Below are positions 8,207-17,744 of a stretch of DNA of 64,000 bases, in pieces. The translations under genes were made by a program, and so were the position numbers. Source of the stretch: a virus (taxonomy: Duplodnaviria > Caudoviricetes); the IMG/VR virus record IMGVR_UViG_2974636896_000001, positions 1 to 64,000 of that record; one strand, written 5' to 3'. The notes under the pieces are model-generated. The model saw only the letters and a list, made by a program, of their open reading frames with translations. It was not told the DNA's origin and made no database searches. The stretch's first letter is position 1, and each line of letters starts with the position of its first letter.

Positions 8207-10908
8207 TGGCAATTGTATCTAAAACTAGTAAAATAAATTTTTACAAATTCGTTCAGGTAAAGAAACCCAATGAAGGTTTACCACAATCTGAGGTTAAATT
8301 AGTTGCTGCTCTTAATTCTAATACTACGGCAGTTAATAATTTAGGTAAAACTGTCAACTCATTGGCACTTATACTATCAGATCTTAAAACAATTTCATTA
8401 TCTGATTTAGAACGAAAGCAAAAAAATCAGAAAGTTTTTAAAGCAAAGTTTGCTAAAGAAAAAGCAGAAAAGAAGAATTTGGGATTTCTTGGAAATCTTG
8501 GAGCAAATAAAGTTAAGGGTTTCTTTGAAAGTGTCTTAGGACTTCTTGGTAATTTATTTAAAATTTATATTGGAAAGAAAGTTTTAGACTGGATTGCAGA
8601 TCCAGAAAATAGAAAGACTGTCAAAACTATTATTGGTGGTATTGTAACATTTGGCGAATTTTTGTTCAAATGGGCAGAATTTGGAGTTTCAAATACCATT
8701 GATGGTTTATATGAATTGTTTAGTGGAGAAACTACTTGGTGGGAAAAAACTTTAGGATTTGGTAAAGCAATTCTTGGTATAGGTACAATTTTATTAGGTG
8801 TTAGGTATCTTACTAATCCTCTTAAAATTATTAAGGATATTGGTACTAGTATTAGACTGCTGATTGCATTCACAAAGGGTAAAGGTGCTCTTGGTATGCT
8901 TGGTAAGGTTGGTCTTGGTGCTAGTGCTCTCTGGTTACTCTCTGAGGGCGTAGCAACCCGTCCAGCAGGCGATGGTTCATTGATTGGTAGTATGGATGCT
9001 GAAGGTAGAACTATAGGTGAAGAAGGATATGATGCATCCACTAAAGGTAAACCAACAAGAGCAACCTTAAAAGCAAGAGGATTACTAGAAGATGCAAAAG
9101 CGCAGGGATATATCCCAGAACGTGCTGCTGGTGGTTGGATTAATGGTCCTCAGTCTGGTTATCCTGTATCTTTAGATGGTGGCAGGAGCACATCATTCAT
9201 CGGTCATGGTAAAGAGTATGTTGCTCGTAAAGCAGATGGTGGAGCATTTGTTGTTCCATTCAATACTTCTGCGACTAAGAGAATGCCTGGACTTACCGAT
9301 AAGAGAATCGGTGAGGCACAGAAGGCAGGATTTAAATTACCTGGATTTGCTGCTGGTGGTAATTTAAATAAGCAAATTTACATGCATTGGACTGCTAGTA
9401 GATATAATTGGAAAAATGGACCATATCATACTACGGTTCAGGGTGATGGTTCCTTATATAAACATAAAAAATATAATCAGTATACTGGTCATACCTGGCG
9501 CAGAAATACAGGAAACGTAGGTATTTCTGTTGCAGCAATGAAAGACTATAACTGGGATCGATATAGTCCAAAGAAAAAGCAACTTGATGCAATGACTGCG
9601 GAAGCAGCAACAGTTGCTAAAGGTTGGGGATGGAAACCAAGTGATGTAAGCATTAAAAATGTTATGACGCACGCAGAAGCAGCGTCAAACAAAGATGGTA
9701 GGAGACCAACTCCTAATTATGGTCCCACTTGGTGGGGTGGAACTGGAGAGCGTTCTGACTTACACAAACTTAAGAAATCCGACCCTGATGGTGGTGGTGG
9801 TGATAAACTTCGTATGATGATGAAGAGATTCATGGGGATGACAAATCCTCCCGAACTGAACGAATCTGGTCCTGGTGGTGGTGCTAATGCTGCTGGTTCA
9901 GGCAAGAAAATGAATAGTGCTGAATATAATTTATTACAAAGACTTGTTTTGGCAGAATCTAGTGGTGAAGGCGAATTGGGTATGGCATTAGTTGCTAGGT
10001 CTGTTCTAAACAGATCGGGTCTGGTTCAATCAGGTGTTGTTGGACCTGGAATATTCATGTCCGAAAGTGGTAGTATTAATGATATTATCTATGGGGCAGG
10101 TCCACAGTATTCACCTACTAAAGACGGTTCGATTGATCGAGCAAGGTCTGCAGGGGATATGGAAAAGGCGAAAAAAGCAATTGAGATAGCAAGAAATCCT
10201 GCAGATCTTAGGGGTAGACTTGAGGCAAAGGGTAATATATCTCCTGAACAAATTAACTACTTGATGGCATCAACTGGATTTAGAAATTATGATTCTGCTC
10301 GCATAGATCCCTCCCAACAGGTTAATGAGGTTAAGTTTGGTAATCACACATTCAATACTGCAAGTAACCCTGGATTAAAAACTGTAAACTCTGAAATTAA
10401 TCCTGATGGAGGAACTGGTGGTGGTCCTCCTGGTGGTGGAACTGATAGTATTGATAATAGCAGCAATTTTGGTATGGAGAAACCAAATAACTATGTTGGT
10501 GCAAGTTTACTTGGAGCAAAGTCCACCCGAGGTCAAACTTCAATGGGTGATTATTCACAAAATTCGACTGGAGTTAGATCTGGGCAAACTTTAAGTGGTA
10601 CTAATATAAATTCAAGTGGGGGCACATCATCTCAACAGATGCAAGCAGCAACTCAACAACGTAATGATGCAAAGCAACGCATTTTACAATTTGCTCAACA
10701 AGGTGTTCAGATGACAGTATCCCAAGTTACACAGAATAATGCTAGTGCTGGTCAAATAGCACAGCAAGCAACATCTCTCATTGGAACAATGATGAATAAT
10801 TCATCTAGTGGTGCCCCTGTTATGGCAGGCACTGGGTCTAAGATAGTAAATACTACTGCTGCAGTGTTGAATTCTTTTAACAATCCACTTAAAGGTATTT
10901 TCAAATGA
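8206..10908 (+). CDS. tail protein with amidase-like and SleB/Hydrolase_2-like peptidoglycan hydrolase domains
   Basis: IYMHWTA...YH...HTWRRNTGNVGIS...HAE (Zn amidase-like); LQRLVLAESSGEGELGMALVARSVLNR...GNHTF (SleB-like). Confidence 0.75.
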   Translation: MAIVSKTSKINFYKFVQVKKPNEGLPQSEVKLVAALNSNTTAVNNLGKTVNSLALILSDLKTISLSDLERKQKNQKVFKAKFAKEKAEKKNLGFLGNLGANKVKGFFESVLGLLGNLFKIYIGKKVLDWIADPENRKTVKTIIGGIVTFGEFLFKWAEFGVSNTIDGLYELFSGETTWWEKTLGFGKAILGIGTILLGVRYLTNPLKIIKDIGTSIRLLIAFTKGKGALGMLGKVGLGASALWLLSEGVATRPAGDGSLIGSMDAEGRTIGEEGYDASTKGKPTRATLKARGLLEDAKAQGYIPERAAGGWINGPQSGYPVSLDGGRSTSFIGHGKEYVARKADGGAFVVPFNTSATKRMPGLTDKRIGEAQKAGFKLPGFAAGGNLNKQIYMHWTASRYNWKNGPYHTTVQGDGSLYKHKKYNQYTGHTWRRNTGNVGISVAAMKDYNWDRYSPKKKQLDAMTAEAATVAKGWGWKPSDVSIKNVMTHAEAASNKDGRRPTPNYGPTWWGGTGERSDLHKLKKSDPDGGGGDKLRMMMKRFMGMTNPPELNESGPGGGANAAGSGKKMNSAEYNLLQRLVLAESSGEGELGMALVARSVLNRSGLVQSGVVGPGIFMSESGSINDIIYGAGPQYSPTKDGSIDRARSAGDMEKAKKAIEIARNPADLRGRLEAKGNISPEQINYLMASTGFRNYDSARIDPSQQVNEVKFGNHTFNTASNPGLKTVNSEINPDGGTGGGPPGGGTDSIDNSSNFGMEKPNNYVGASLLGAKSTRGQTSMGDYSQNSTGVRSGQTLSGTNINSSGGTSSQQMQAATQQRNDAKQRILQFAQQGVQMTVSQVTQNNASAGQIAQQATSLIGTMMNNSSSGAPVMAGTGSKIVNTTAAVLNSFNNPLKGIFK

Positions 10909-12290
10909 CGTTAAACAGAGCAGAATCGGGTGAAGTATCGGTTCGCGTACAAGTATACCGTGATGGGGAGTTATTAGAGAATGCTCAGGGAGCATCTGAT
11001 ATCAATGAATTTGTAGTTGGTATTGAATTATATGAAAGTATTAGTTCTGCTACTCTTGAGGCAAAATTAGTCATTCAAGATAATGCTGGATTAATAAATC
11101 AATTTACAGGATCTGAATTATTTAAGATTAGTATTACTGGTAGTGTATATGATAATACTTACTTTATGAGAGCATATAATATTGAGTCTCGTTCAAAAAT
11201 TAATCAGACTAGTGACGTATTCATCATGAATCTCACATCTGATGAATATATCAGAAACGAAGTCTCTAATGTATTTGGAAATAGTGAAGTAATTTTTAAA
11301 GAAACCAGTGCTAAGAAAATTATAGAAACTATCATAAAAAGTAATTTATATCTCAATTCAAAGAAAAGAGTATATGTAGAACAAAGTTTGAATAAGCATC
11401 AGTTTGTCATTCCAAACTGGAGACCATTTGATTGCATTTATTGGTTGTGTAGTCGTTCTATTAGAAACAACTCACCAGGAAAAAATCTACAAGGTGGGTA
11501 TGTATTTTTTGAAAACAGAATAGGATATCATTTTAAATCAGTTGACCAGATGATTGATGATGTTAATAACCAAAGTGCAGATACTGAAACCAATCCTAAT
11601 GGAACGGAATCTTCTGCTAAGGTAAGACTTTACAAGTATGAGTATACTCCAAAAAATACCTCAGAAAATAAAATTTTAGAACAATTTAAGATTGAATCTA
11701 TTACATTCCCTGAAGAAAAAAACTTTTTGATGGGATTGAGACATGGAACATGGTCTGGATTTAGTATTGGTTTAGATCCTGTTACTGTATCATCATCAAA
11801 AATGGGGGTAAGTACAGATTTAGCTGCTGATGCATATCGGTATTCTATTAAAGAATCTTGGGGCAAGATGTCTCATCTTAAAGGTGGTAAAAATAAAAAC
11901 CCCATTGAGAAGATGGATAAGGGTATTCAAGACATGATTGATTATCCCAAGAGAGTTCGTTATACAATTCTACCAAATCAAATTTTTGATCCTAAGTATA
12001 GCACAAATCCTCAAAAAAATTATGAACAATTAGTTGAACTTCAAGCATACCAATGGATGAGAATTGAATCAATTAAAAATGTTAAACTTCAAATTGTTGT
12101 TCCTGGAAACTTAGATTTGTATGCGGGATATGGTATAGAAGTTATAATTCCATCTACAGCAAGAAGTGGAAAGACTACAAAAATTGATAAAAGATATAGT
12201 GGCAGATATTTAATTGCTGGAGTATCTCACAAAATTGTTAATAACAACATGGCAACAGAGTTGCTTTTATTGAAAGATTCTATACAATAA
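10905..12290 (+). CDS. baseplate hub protein (gp27-like)
   Basis: YESI.S..L...L.I.D, IPNWRPF..I.WL, FFEN..GY.FKS.D, VPGNLDLYAG, YSGRYLI..V.H; lies between tape measure and gp5. Confidence 0.7.
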   Translation: MTLNRAESGEVSVRVQVYRDGELLENAQGASDINEFVVGIELYESISSATLEAKLVIQDNAGLINQFTGSELFKISITGSVYDNTYFMRAYNIESRSKINQTSDVFIMNLTSDEYIRNEVSNVFGNSEVIFKETSAKKIIETIIKSNLYLNSKKRVYVEQSLNKHQFVIPNWRPFDCIYWLCSRSIRNNSPGKNLQGGYVFFENRIGYHFKSVDQMIDDVNNQSADTETNPNGTESSAKVRLYKYEYTPKNTSENKILEQFKIESITFPEEKNFLMGLRHGTWSGFSIGLDPVTVSSSKMGVSTDLAADAYRYSIKESWGKMSHLKGGKNKNPIEKMDKGIQDMIDYPKRVRYTILPNQIFDPKYSTNPQKNYEQLVELQAYQWMRIESIKNVKLQIVVPGNLDLYAGYGIEVIIPSTARSGKTTKIDKRYSGRYLIAGVSHKIVNNNMATELLLLKDSIQ

Positions 12291-12316
12291 TAAATAATTG
12301 TACACTAGGAGATAGT

Positions 12317-12544
12317 ATGGACAGTATCGAGCAACACATTGAGAAGGATGTAGAAATCCTTAATGACCCCACAGTGTCACCCCAGACTAGGCGTCACATT
12401 GAAGGTGAACTACATGAATTGGAAGAATATGCCGAGAATCATAAAAAGGAAATTGAAGCAGGTGATCATCACGATCCATCCTACTTAGAACTATTTTGTG
12501 ATGCTAACCCATCAGAACCAGAATGTTTAGTCTACGAAGATTGA
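12317..12544 (+). CDS. cp12: CP12 Calvin-cycle regulator (auxiliary metabolic gene)
   Basis: C-terminal LELFCDANPSEPECLVYED; late promoter TAAATA at 12291 and AGGAG RBS. Confidence 0.95.
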   Translation: MDSIEQHIEKDVEILNDPTVSPQTRRHIEGELHELEEYAENHKKEIEAGDHHDPSYLELFCDANPSEPECLVYED

Positions 12545-12545
12545 C

Positions 12546-12574
12546 TTGACATTTATCGAAATCTTCATTAGAAT
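12546..12574 (+). promoter_or_regulatory. sigma70-type promoter
   Basis: TTGACA-17 bp-TAGAAT upstream of cpeT and the tRNAs. Confidence 0.75.
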
Positions 12575-12611
12575 AACACTGTGAGGGTTCAGAAAAACTA
12601 TAAGCTTTATT

Positions 12612-13067
12612 ATGAAACTTCAAGATTCTTTAATTGGACATTGGACAAACAGACACCAAGCACAGTCTGATCCTACCAATTGGGTTTCTGTAGAAATTAT
12701 ATGGAAACCTCATGAGGAAGGTTATCAATCCTGCAACTATAAACGGTGCGATGGTCCCGATTTTCCATATAGAAGGAAGAATCATAAATTTGTTGAATTA
12801 TCAGATGTCGAAGTTCTTGTTCAAAATTACCATTTAGACTGGACAAGACACGAAGACTGTGATATACTATTTACATTCGATAGCGAAGCATGGCACGGGC
12901 AACTTGCTGGTGATAATTGCACTGGTTATCGAGGAGATAAAGTTATCTCTGAAATTCATGCCTACGGTGACAAACTACATACATGTGATCGTGGTATTGA
13001 TTTAAAAACAGGTGAAATGGTATGGGGCAGTACCGAACTGTATCGTTTCACCCGTATGCCTCCGTAG
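12612..13067 (+). CDS. cpeT: CpeT/CpcT-like phycobiliprotein lyase
   Basis: G.W.N..QAQS.P, PYR, CD..F, C...RG, DRG.D...G..VWGS...YRF. Confidence 0.85.
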   Translation: MKLQDSLIGHWTNRHQAQSDPTNWVSVEIIWKPHEEGYQSCNYKRCDGPDFPYRRKNHKFVELSDVEVLVQNYHLDWTRHEDCDILFTFDSEAWHGQLAGDNCTGYRGDKVISEIHAYGDKLHTCDRGIDLKTGEMVWGSTELYRFTRMPP

Positions 13068-13129
13068 CTCAGTGGTAGAGCAGGGCTTTTGTAAAGCTCA
13101 GGTCGCAAGTTCAAATCTTGTCAGAGGCT
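13058..13129 (+). tRNA. tRNA-Thr(UGU)
   Basis: GCCTCCG acceptor, TAGCTCAGTGGTAGAGC D arm, anticodon loop TTTGTAA, GTTCAAATC T loop; no encoded CCA. Confidence 0.92.
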
Positions 13130-13134
13130 CTCAA

Positions 13135-13207
13135 TCCTCTATAGCTCAGTTGGTAGAGCAGGTGACTGTTAATCACCCTGTCCCTGGTTCGAGTCCAGGT
13201 GGAGGAG
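13135..13207 (+). tRNA. tRNA-Asn(GUU)
   Basis: GGTGA-CTGTTAA-TCACC anticodon arm, GGTTCGAGTCC T arm. Confidence 0.95.
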
Positions 13208-13209
13208 TC

Positions 13210-13281
13210 GGGCGAATAACTCAGCGGTAGAGTGCCTCCTTTACACGGAGATTGTCGGGGGTTCGATCCCCTCTTCGCCCA
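13210..13281 (+). tRNA. tRNA-Val(UAC)
   Basis: GGGCGAA/TTCGCCC acceptor, CTCC-TTTACAC-GGAG anticodon arm, GGTTCGATCCC. Confidence 0.93.
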
Positions 13282-13312
13282 TAAATAAAAATGTTATAAG
13301 GTTTAAGACTCG

Positions 13313-15865
13313 ATGAACACCATTGACGGTATCATTAATGAACCTACCGTAAATTTCGTCGGTAAGGATGGATTTTTCTGGTGGGTTGGTGAAGTAGAAG
13401 ATAATGAAGATCCTATGGAGTTGGGTCGAGTAAAAGTTCGTGTTCTTGGATATTATACAAACGTTCGTGGTGGAACTACGAATTCTTTGCCCACCGAGAA
13501 TCTTCCATGGGCAACTGTACTTCAGCACACATCTCAAGCAGGTAATGACGGTCAGGGTGAATCATCTGGTCAGTTGCAACCTGGTGCTATTGTCATGGGT
13601 TTCTTTATGGACGGTGAGTCCGCACAGATGCCTATTGTTATTGGGGTAATGCGTGTTAATAAATCTTCTGTTACCAGAGATAAAAAACAATTTGCATTTA
13701 CTGGTGAGAACATGGAACCTGGTGTTGCTCCTAATCCTGCAGCACTTCCTCCTGGTGAAACTAATACTGTTGCTAGAAATCCTGACGGAACTCCTACATT
13801 TATACGTCCTGCTCCACAAAATAATAGTGTATCTGTTCCTGGGCAGAAGACTACAGAACCTGGAGGAATTGGGTCACCTTCAAATATAGGAACTATGCCA
13901 GGAGTTGCTGGTAGTAGTGGTAATCCTCAGAAACCTAGAAATCCAGAAAAACCAATTCCTGCTGCAAATGGTGTTGGTGGTCCATGGAAAACATTAGAAT
14001 ATAAGTTGTCGTATTTGATTGAAGATATCGCAGATACTGCTGGCAATCTTGTTAAAGCAGAGAATGGAGATTTTATCGATATCATTACTGGTAAATTAAT
14101 TACTGCACAATCTCTTACTGCTAAACTACAAAACTTTTTAAGTTCTGTATTTGCACAGGTTGTTGCTGCAATCCGACAGCAGTTATCCAATCTTGCAGAT
14201 CAATTGTCTGTAGTAACTCTTTTGGGCGGTGCTACTGGAGCACCATATATTATTTTTACTACAATTCAGTCTGCAATTACACAAATCCTTAGTTCTCTTT
14301 GTAATGTTGATTCTCAACTGATTGGGTATATTAGTGATCCTATCGGTTCTTTGTTGGATATTCTTAATGGATTTTTAGATTCTGCCATTGATAAAGCACA
14401 GATGGTGCTTCAAGGTGTTCAAGCAGTTATTGACAGTGTTGTTTGCCAAGTTCAAAACATCATCGACACAATGTTGAATATTGTTGATACTGTTGCCACT
14501 ATTGTTGATGGCGTAGAACAAGCAAAAGAAATTCTTGAAGCATGGAAGAAGGGTAGTGAAATTTTTGAAGATGGTACAGACTTAATTAAAAACGGTATTA
14601 CAAGTATTACTGGAATCATTTCATTCTTCTTAAAATTCTTCTCATCTGGTTGTAATCGTGAGGCACATGGTGGTCTAGATACCGTTGGTTGGTTTCCTTT
14701 ATTTGGTGTTACTCATTGTACTGCCGATGAACTGGATAGAATTAATAAAATTAGAGGTAAGCAAAGAGGAGAATGTGGAGATTCTAGTGCAGGTGGAAGT
14801 TTAATTGATAATATTATTAATCAAGCAGATCCATATTTAACACAAGCAAAAACTATGCTTGATGGTTCTTATGAGATGTTTGTTGGAACTCCTGGTCGCC
14901 AAGCATCTATCAAAAAGACCACTAATGGAACTACACACTCTTCAGTATCTCTTAATAACAATACGTATGCAGAGTATACTTATCAGAAAAAGGTAAGAGA
15001 AGAAAATCCAGATCTTTCTACTGAAGAGTTAGAGTCAAGATTACAAAAGTATAAGCAGAAATCTACCGCTAGTACTGGAGATAGTGGTAATTTAGTTGCC
15101 GACCACAGTTCTTATGCGGGTAATTATACAAGTGAAGTTCATGGTGACCGATGTGAGATTGTTGATGGAACAGAAACAATTACTGTTGAGGGAGATTACC
15201 ATTTAAAAATTACTGGAAATTGTCATCTTGAAGTTGGTGGTGGTTTCTTCTTAAATGCTGCTGGAGCACCACAAGTTGCTCCTCAGAAAGGTGCTAGTGA
15301 AAATGATAGGATTCAAAAACATACTCTTTGCTTTGGTTCTGATCTTGATGTGAATGTATCAGGTGCTAAATTTGCTCTTCAAGCATCAGAAGTTGAACTT
15401 GGTGCTCAAGCACATAAGGTTGCAGGAGGAAGTTATGAAAATGCTTGTATGAATCAAAATTATTCTGGAGGAGATATTTTGATGAATGCTAATAATGCAA
15501 TTCATTTCAATACTGTCTCAGAATATCACTTCATCAATTTTCCAGTAGGCAATCCAATTTCTGCTAAGTCAGGAATCTTTAATACTGTTAGAGGTTCTAT
15601 TGATTCTATTCTCGTTCCTGGTTCTGGTGGTGCTGATACTATACCTAGATATAGTGTCACTAACCCTTCTGGTCCTGTAAGTTATGTTGCAGGTGCTACT
15701 GGATATAATTGTAGTGTTACCACTGGTGCATACAATGTTGATGTTGCAGCAGGATTGTTTAGGATCTCTGCAAGTGCTGTTGGTACTATCTCTGCCCTTG
15801 CTGCACTAAACATCAGTTCTCAGGGTGTCGTCAGGATTTCTGGTAAGGCAATTTTCTTGAATTGA
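13313..15865 (+). CDS. gp5: baseplate hub/central spike gp5 (OB-fold N-terminus, beta-helix C-terminus)
   Basis: GF.WWVGEVED..DP..LGRVKVRV.G, LPWA, G..V.GFF.DG..AQ.P; late promoter ATAAATA at 13281. Confidence 0.9.
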   Translation: MNTIDGIINEPTVNFVGKDGFFWWVGEVEDNEDPMELGRVKVRVLGYYTNVRGGTTNSLPTENLPWATVLQHTSQAGNDGQGESSGQLQPGAIVMGFFMDGESAQMPIVIGVMRVNKSSVTRDKKQFAFTGENMEPGVAPNPAALPPGETNTVARNPDGTPTFIRPAPQNNSVSVPGQKTTEPGGIGSPSNIGTMPGVAGSSGNPQKPRNPEKPIPAANGVGGPWKTLEYKLSYLIEDIADTAGNLVKAENGDFIDIITGKLITAQSLTAKLQNFLSSVFAQVVAAIRQQLSNLADQLSVVTLLGGATGAPYIIFTTIQSAITQILSSLCNVDSQLIGYISDPIGSLLDILNGFLDSAIDKAQMVLQGVQAVIDSVVCQVQNIIDTMLNIVDTVATIVDGVEQAKEILEAWKKGSEIFEDGTDLIKNGITSITGIISFFLKFFSSGCNREAHGGLDTVGWFPLFGVTHCTADELDRINKIRGKQRGECGDSSAGGSLIDNIINQADPYLTQAKTMLDGSYEMFVGTPGRQASIKKTTNGTTHSSVSLNNNTYAEYTYQKKVREENPDLSTEELESRLQKYKQKSTASTGDSGNLVADHSSYAGNYTSEVHGDRCEIVDGTETITVEGDYHLKITGNCHLEVGGGFFLNAAGAPQVAPQKGASENDRIQKHTLCFGSDLDVNVSGAKFALQASEVELGAQAHKVAGGSYENACMNQNYSGGDILMNANNAIHFNTVSEYHFINFPVGNPISAKSGIFNTVRGSIDSILVPGSGGADTIPRYSVTNPSGPVSYVAGATGYNCSVTTGAYNVDVAAGLFRISASAVGTISALAALNISSQGVVRISGKAIFLN

Positions 15866-15890
15866 CAACGCTTGACATCTATGCTATGAT
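15862..15890 (+). promoter_or_regulatory. sigma70-type promoter
   Basis: TTGACA-17 bp-TATGAT with extended TG. Confidence 0.7.
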
Positions 15891-15911
15891 ACGAGAGCAA
15901 CACAAAGAACC

Positions 15912-16106
15912 ATGAACGACGCTCTCTCACACATCTTTGTCAATTTCTCTAAGCGCAAGGTAATACTTGTTGATGAAGAGGGATATGAAAAGGATGTTCA
16001 ATGGAAATTCGATGACGAAGGTTCTGAGGGTTTCTCCGAAACAATCTCTCAAATACAAGAGATTGTTGATAATGACATGATTACCTATTGTTTTGCTGTA
16101 CAATGA
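15912..16106 (+). CDS. hypothetical protein
   Basis: ORF directly after the promoter, coupled to the next ORF (ATGA). Confidence 0.65.
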   Translation: MNDALSHIFVNFSKRKVILVDEEGYEKDVQWKFDDEGSEGFSETISQIQEIVDNDMITYCFAVQ

Positions 16107-16330
16107 CTGAATTTATTAGAGTAACTCTAGAAGAAGCAGAAAAGTACTTTGAGTTTATGGTTGATATGTGTGAGCGCAATCGTTGCGTTTGGCGTATCGA
16201 AAGACCTGATGGTGCTGCTGTGATTCTTGCCCCAGTTGTTCAGTCAGGACCACCTCTTTCTGATGATGTTATTGATCAAGTTGAAGAATTCCGTAAACAA
16301 TTTATTGATGAACAAAATGAAGTTTCGTAA
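16103..16330 (+). CDS. Phd/YefM-antitoxin-like small protein
   Basis: VTLEEAEKYFEFMVDMCERNRCVWRIERPDGAAVILAP resembles the Phd N-terminal pattern. Confidence 0.45.
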   Translation: MTEFIRVTLEEAEKYFEFMVDMCERNRCVWRIERPDGAAVILAPVVQSGPPLSDDVIDQVEEFRKQFIDEQNEVS

Positions 16331-17000
16331 TGCCATCTTGGCAGGTCTAATGTTTGGTATGGCACATGGTATGAGTGTGCAAGCAGGAGAAGACAAAATC
16401 ACACAAGGATACAATAGCATGGATGCCATGGGTTGTATGTTACTTCGTGAATGTACTGATGGTGTGAAGGAAGTATTCTCTCTTCTGGATGTTTCTGCTC
16501 AGTACCCTAACACTGAAGAATTTACTCCAGTTGCAAATGAGTTTAACAATATGCTTGTCTCATTGAATCAAATTGGAGTAAAAGTATTCCTTGCTGATCA
16601 ACGTTACTTTCCTGTAATGCATCGTGGTGTGTATCATACTGTAAGTAATAACTTTTACTTAAATAAAAGGTACATGGACAATCCTGCTGCACTGATGATG
16701 GTGATGCGTCATGAAGGATGGCATGCAGCACAAGATTGTATGGCAGGTACGATTGACAACAGTCTGATTGCTATCATCAAACCAGAGGATGAAGTTCCTA
16801 TGCTATGGCGTACACTAGCAGAACGCACATATCCTAGTAATGCTGTGCCATGGGAAGCAGAAGCAGGTTGGGCAGGTCGCACTGAGAACATGACTATGGA
16901 AGCACTTCAATCCTGTGCTCGGGGCACTATGTGGATTGATTATGAACCAACACCAAAGACTCGTGAATGGTTGGAATTGAACGGTTATATTAAAAACTAA
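16308..17000 (+). CDS. exported HExxH metalloprotease-like protein
   Basis: signal-peptide-like start, RHEGWHAAQDC motif, downstream WEAEA. Confidence 0.6.
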   Translation: MNKMKFRNAILAGLMFGMAHGMSVQAGEDKITQGYNSMDAMGCMLLRECTDGVKEVFSLLDVSAQYPNTEEFTPVANEFNNMLVSLNQIGVKVFLADQRYFPVMHRGVYHTVSNNFYLNKRYMDNPAALMMVMRHEGWHAAQDCMAGTIDNSLIAIIKPEDEVPMLWRTLAERTYPSNAVPWEAEAGWAGRTENMTMEALQSCARGTMWIDYEPTPKTREWLELNGYIKN

Positions 17001-17185
17001 TGTACGAAGAACTAAATTGTTTTGAAGAAGCACTTAAGCACTTCGGAACAAGAGTTGAGATCATCACTGCTATGGAAATGGCAAAGAAGTTGTCACCTGA
17101 AGATGCCTATCAGATGATTAAGGATGAACTAAAGGAAGTTAAAAAGTGTCGTAAATTATTTAAAAAAGAAACTGATTCTGAATGA
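17000..17185 (+). CDS. small conserved cyanobacterial-type hypothetical protein
   Basis: F..RV.II.A.E...K.SPEDAYQ.IK pattern recalled from cyanobacterial small proteins. Confidence 0.6.
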   Translation: MYEELNCFEEALKHFGTRVEIITAMEMAKKLSPEDAYQMIKDELKEVKKCRKLFKKETDSE

Positions 17186-17188
17186 AAG

Positions 17189-17551
17189 ATGGGAATGTAT
17201 GATACAGTGAGGTCTTCTTACGATCTCGGTCCAAGTTATAGCAAAGACCTCCAAACTAAAGATTTGGAGTGTCTTATGTGCGAATACTGGATTGACCCAG
17301 TAGGAAAATTGTATGAAGTTGATTACTCTCATACTCAAGACTTTATCAATGATTTTACACAGTACGTACCAAATGGTTGTCATGGTAAAGTAAAACCTGT
17401 ATACTATACGGGCACTGTTGAAGTATATCCTGCTAAATGGGATTGCTATTATTCCCCCTTTCCTTCATGCCATTTAATTTTTGTAAATGGTATAATTACC
17501 GAGACTAATCATGAACGTGAACGAATTGCCCGATGGAAAACTCCAAATTGA
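17189..17551 (+). CDS. hypothetical protein
   Basis: MGMYD.V...QTKDL.C.M..Y.I...G.L pattern common in phage small proteins. Confidence 0.65.
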   Translation: MGMYDTVRSSYDLGPSYSKDLQTKDLECLMCEYWIDPVGKLYEVDYSHTQDFINDFTQYVPNGCHGKVKPVYYTGTVEVYPAKWDCYYSPFPSCHLIFVNGIITETNHERERIARWKTPN

Positions 17552-17744
17552 ATGGGACGAAAACGACCCGATCGAAAGCATCCTCAACACCTGGACGGAA
17601 GAAGACTTCCAAAACTTCTTCGACGAATGCCTCCGTCAAGACTCAGGTGAATTTGGAGAAGAATCTAAAGAAGATTACTACAACTCCGAAAGCGAAGGCA
17701 AAGACTACATCCAAAAAGACGACATCACGAAAGAAGGTTGCTGA
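17511..17744 (+). CDS. acidic hypothetical protein
   Basis: DG..QIEWDENDP..LN.WTEEDF; TGGTATAAT extended -10 about 15 nt upstream. Confidence 0.6.
   Translation: MNVNELPDGKLQIEWDENDPIESILNTWTEEDFQNFFDECLRQDSGEFGEESKEDYYNSESEGKDYIQKDDITKEGC

Noticed and set aside
13012-13537. ORFs 13012..13230 (+) and 13241..13537 (-)
   Set aside because: They are shadow translations of the tRNA cluster and the gp5 start.
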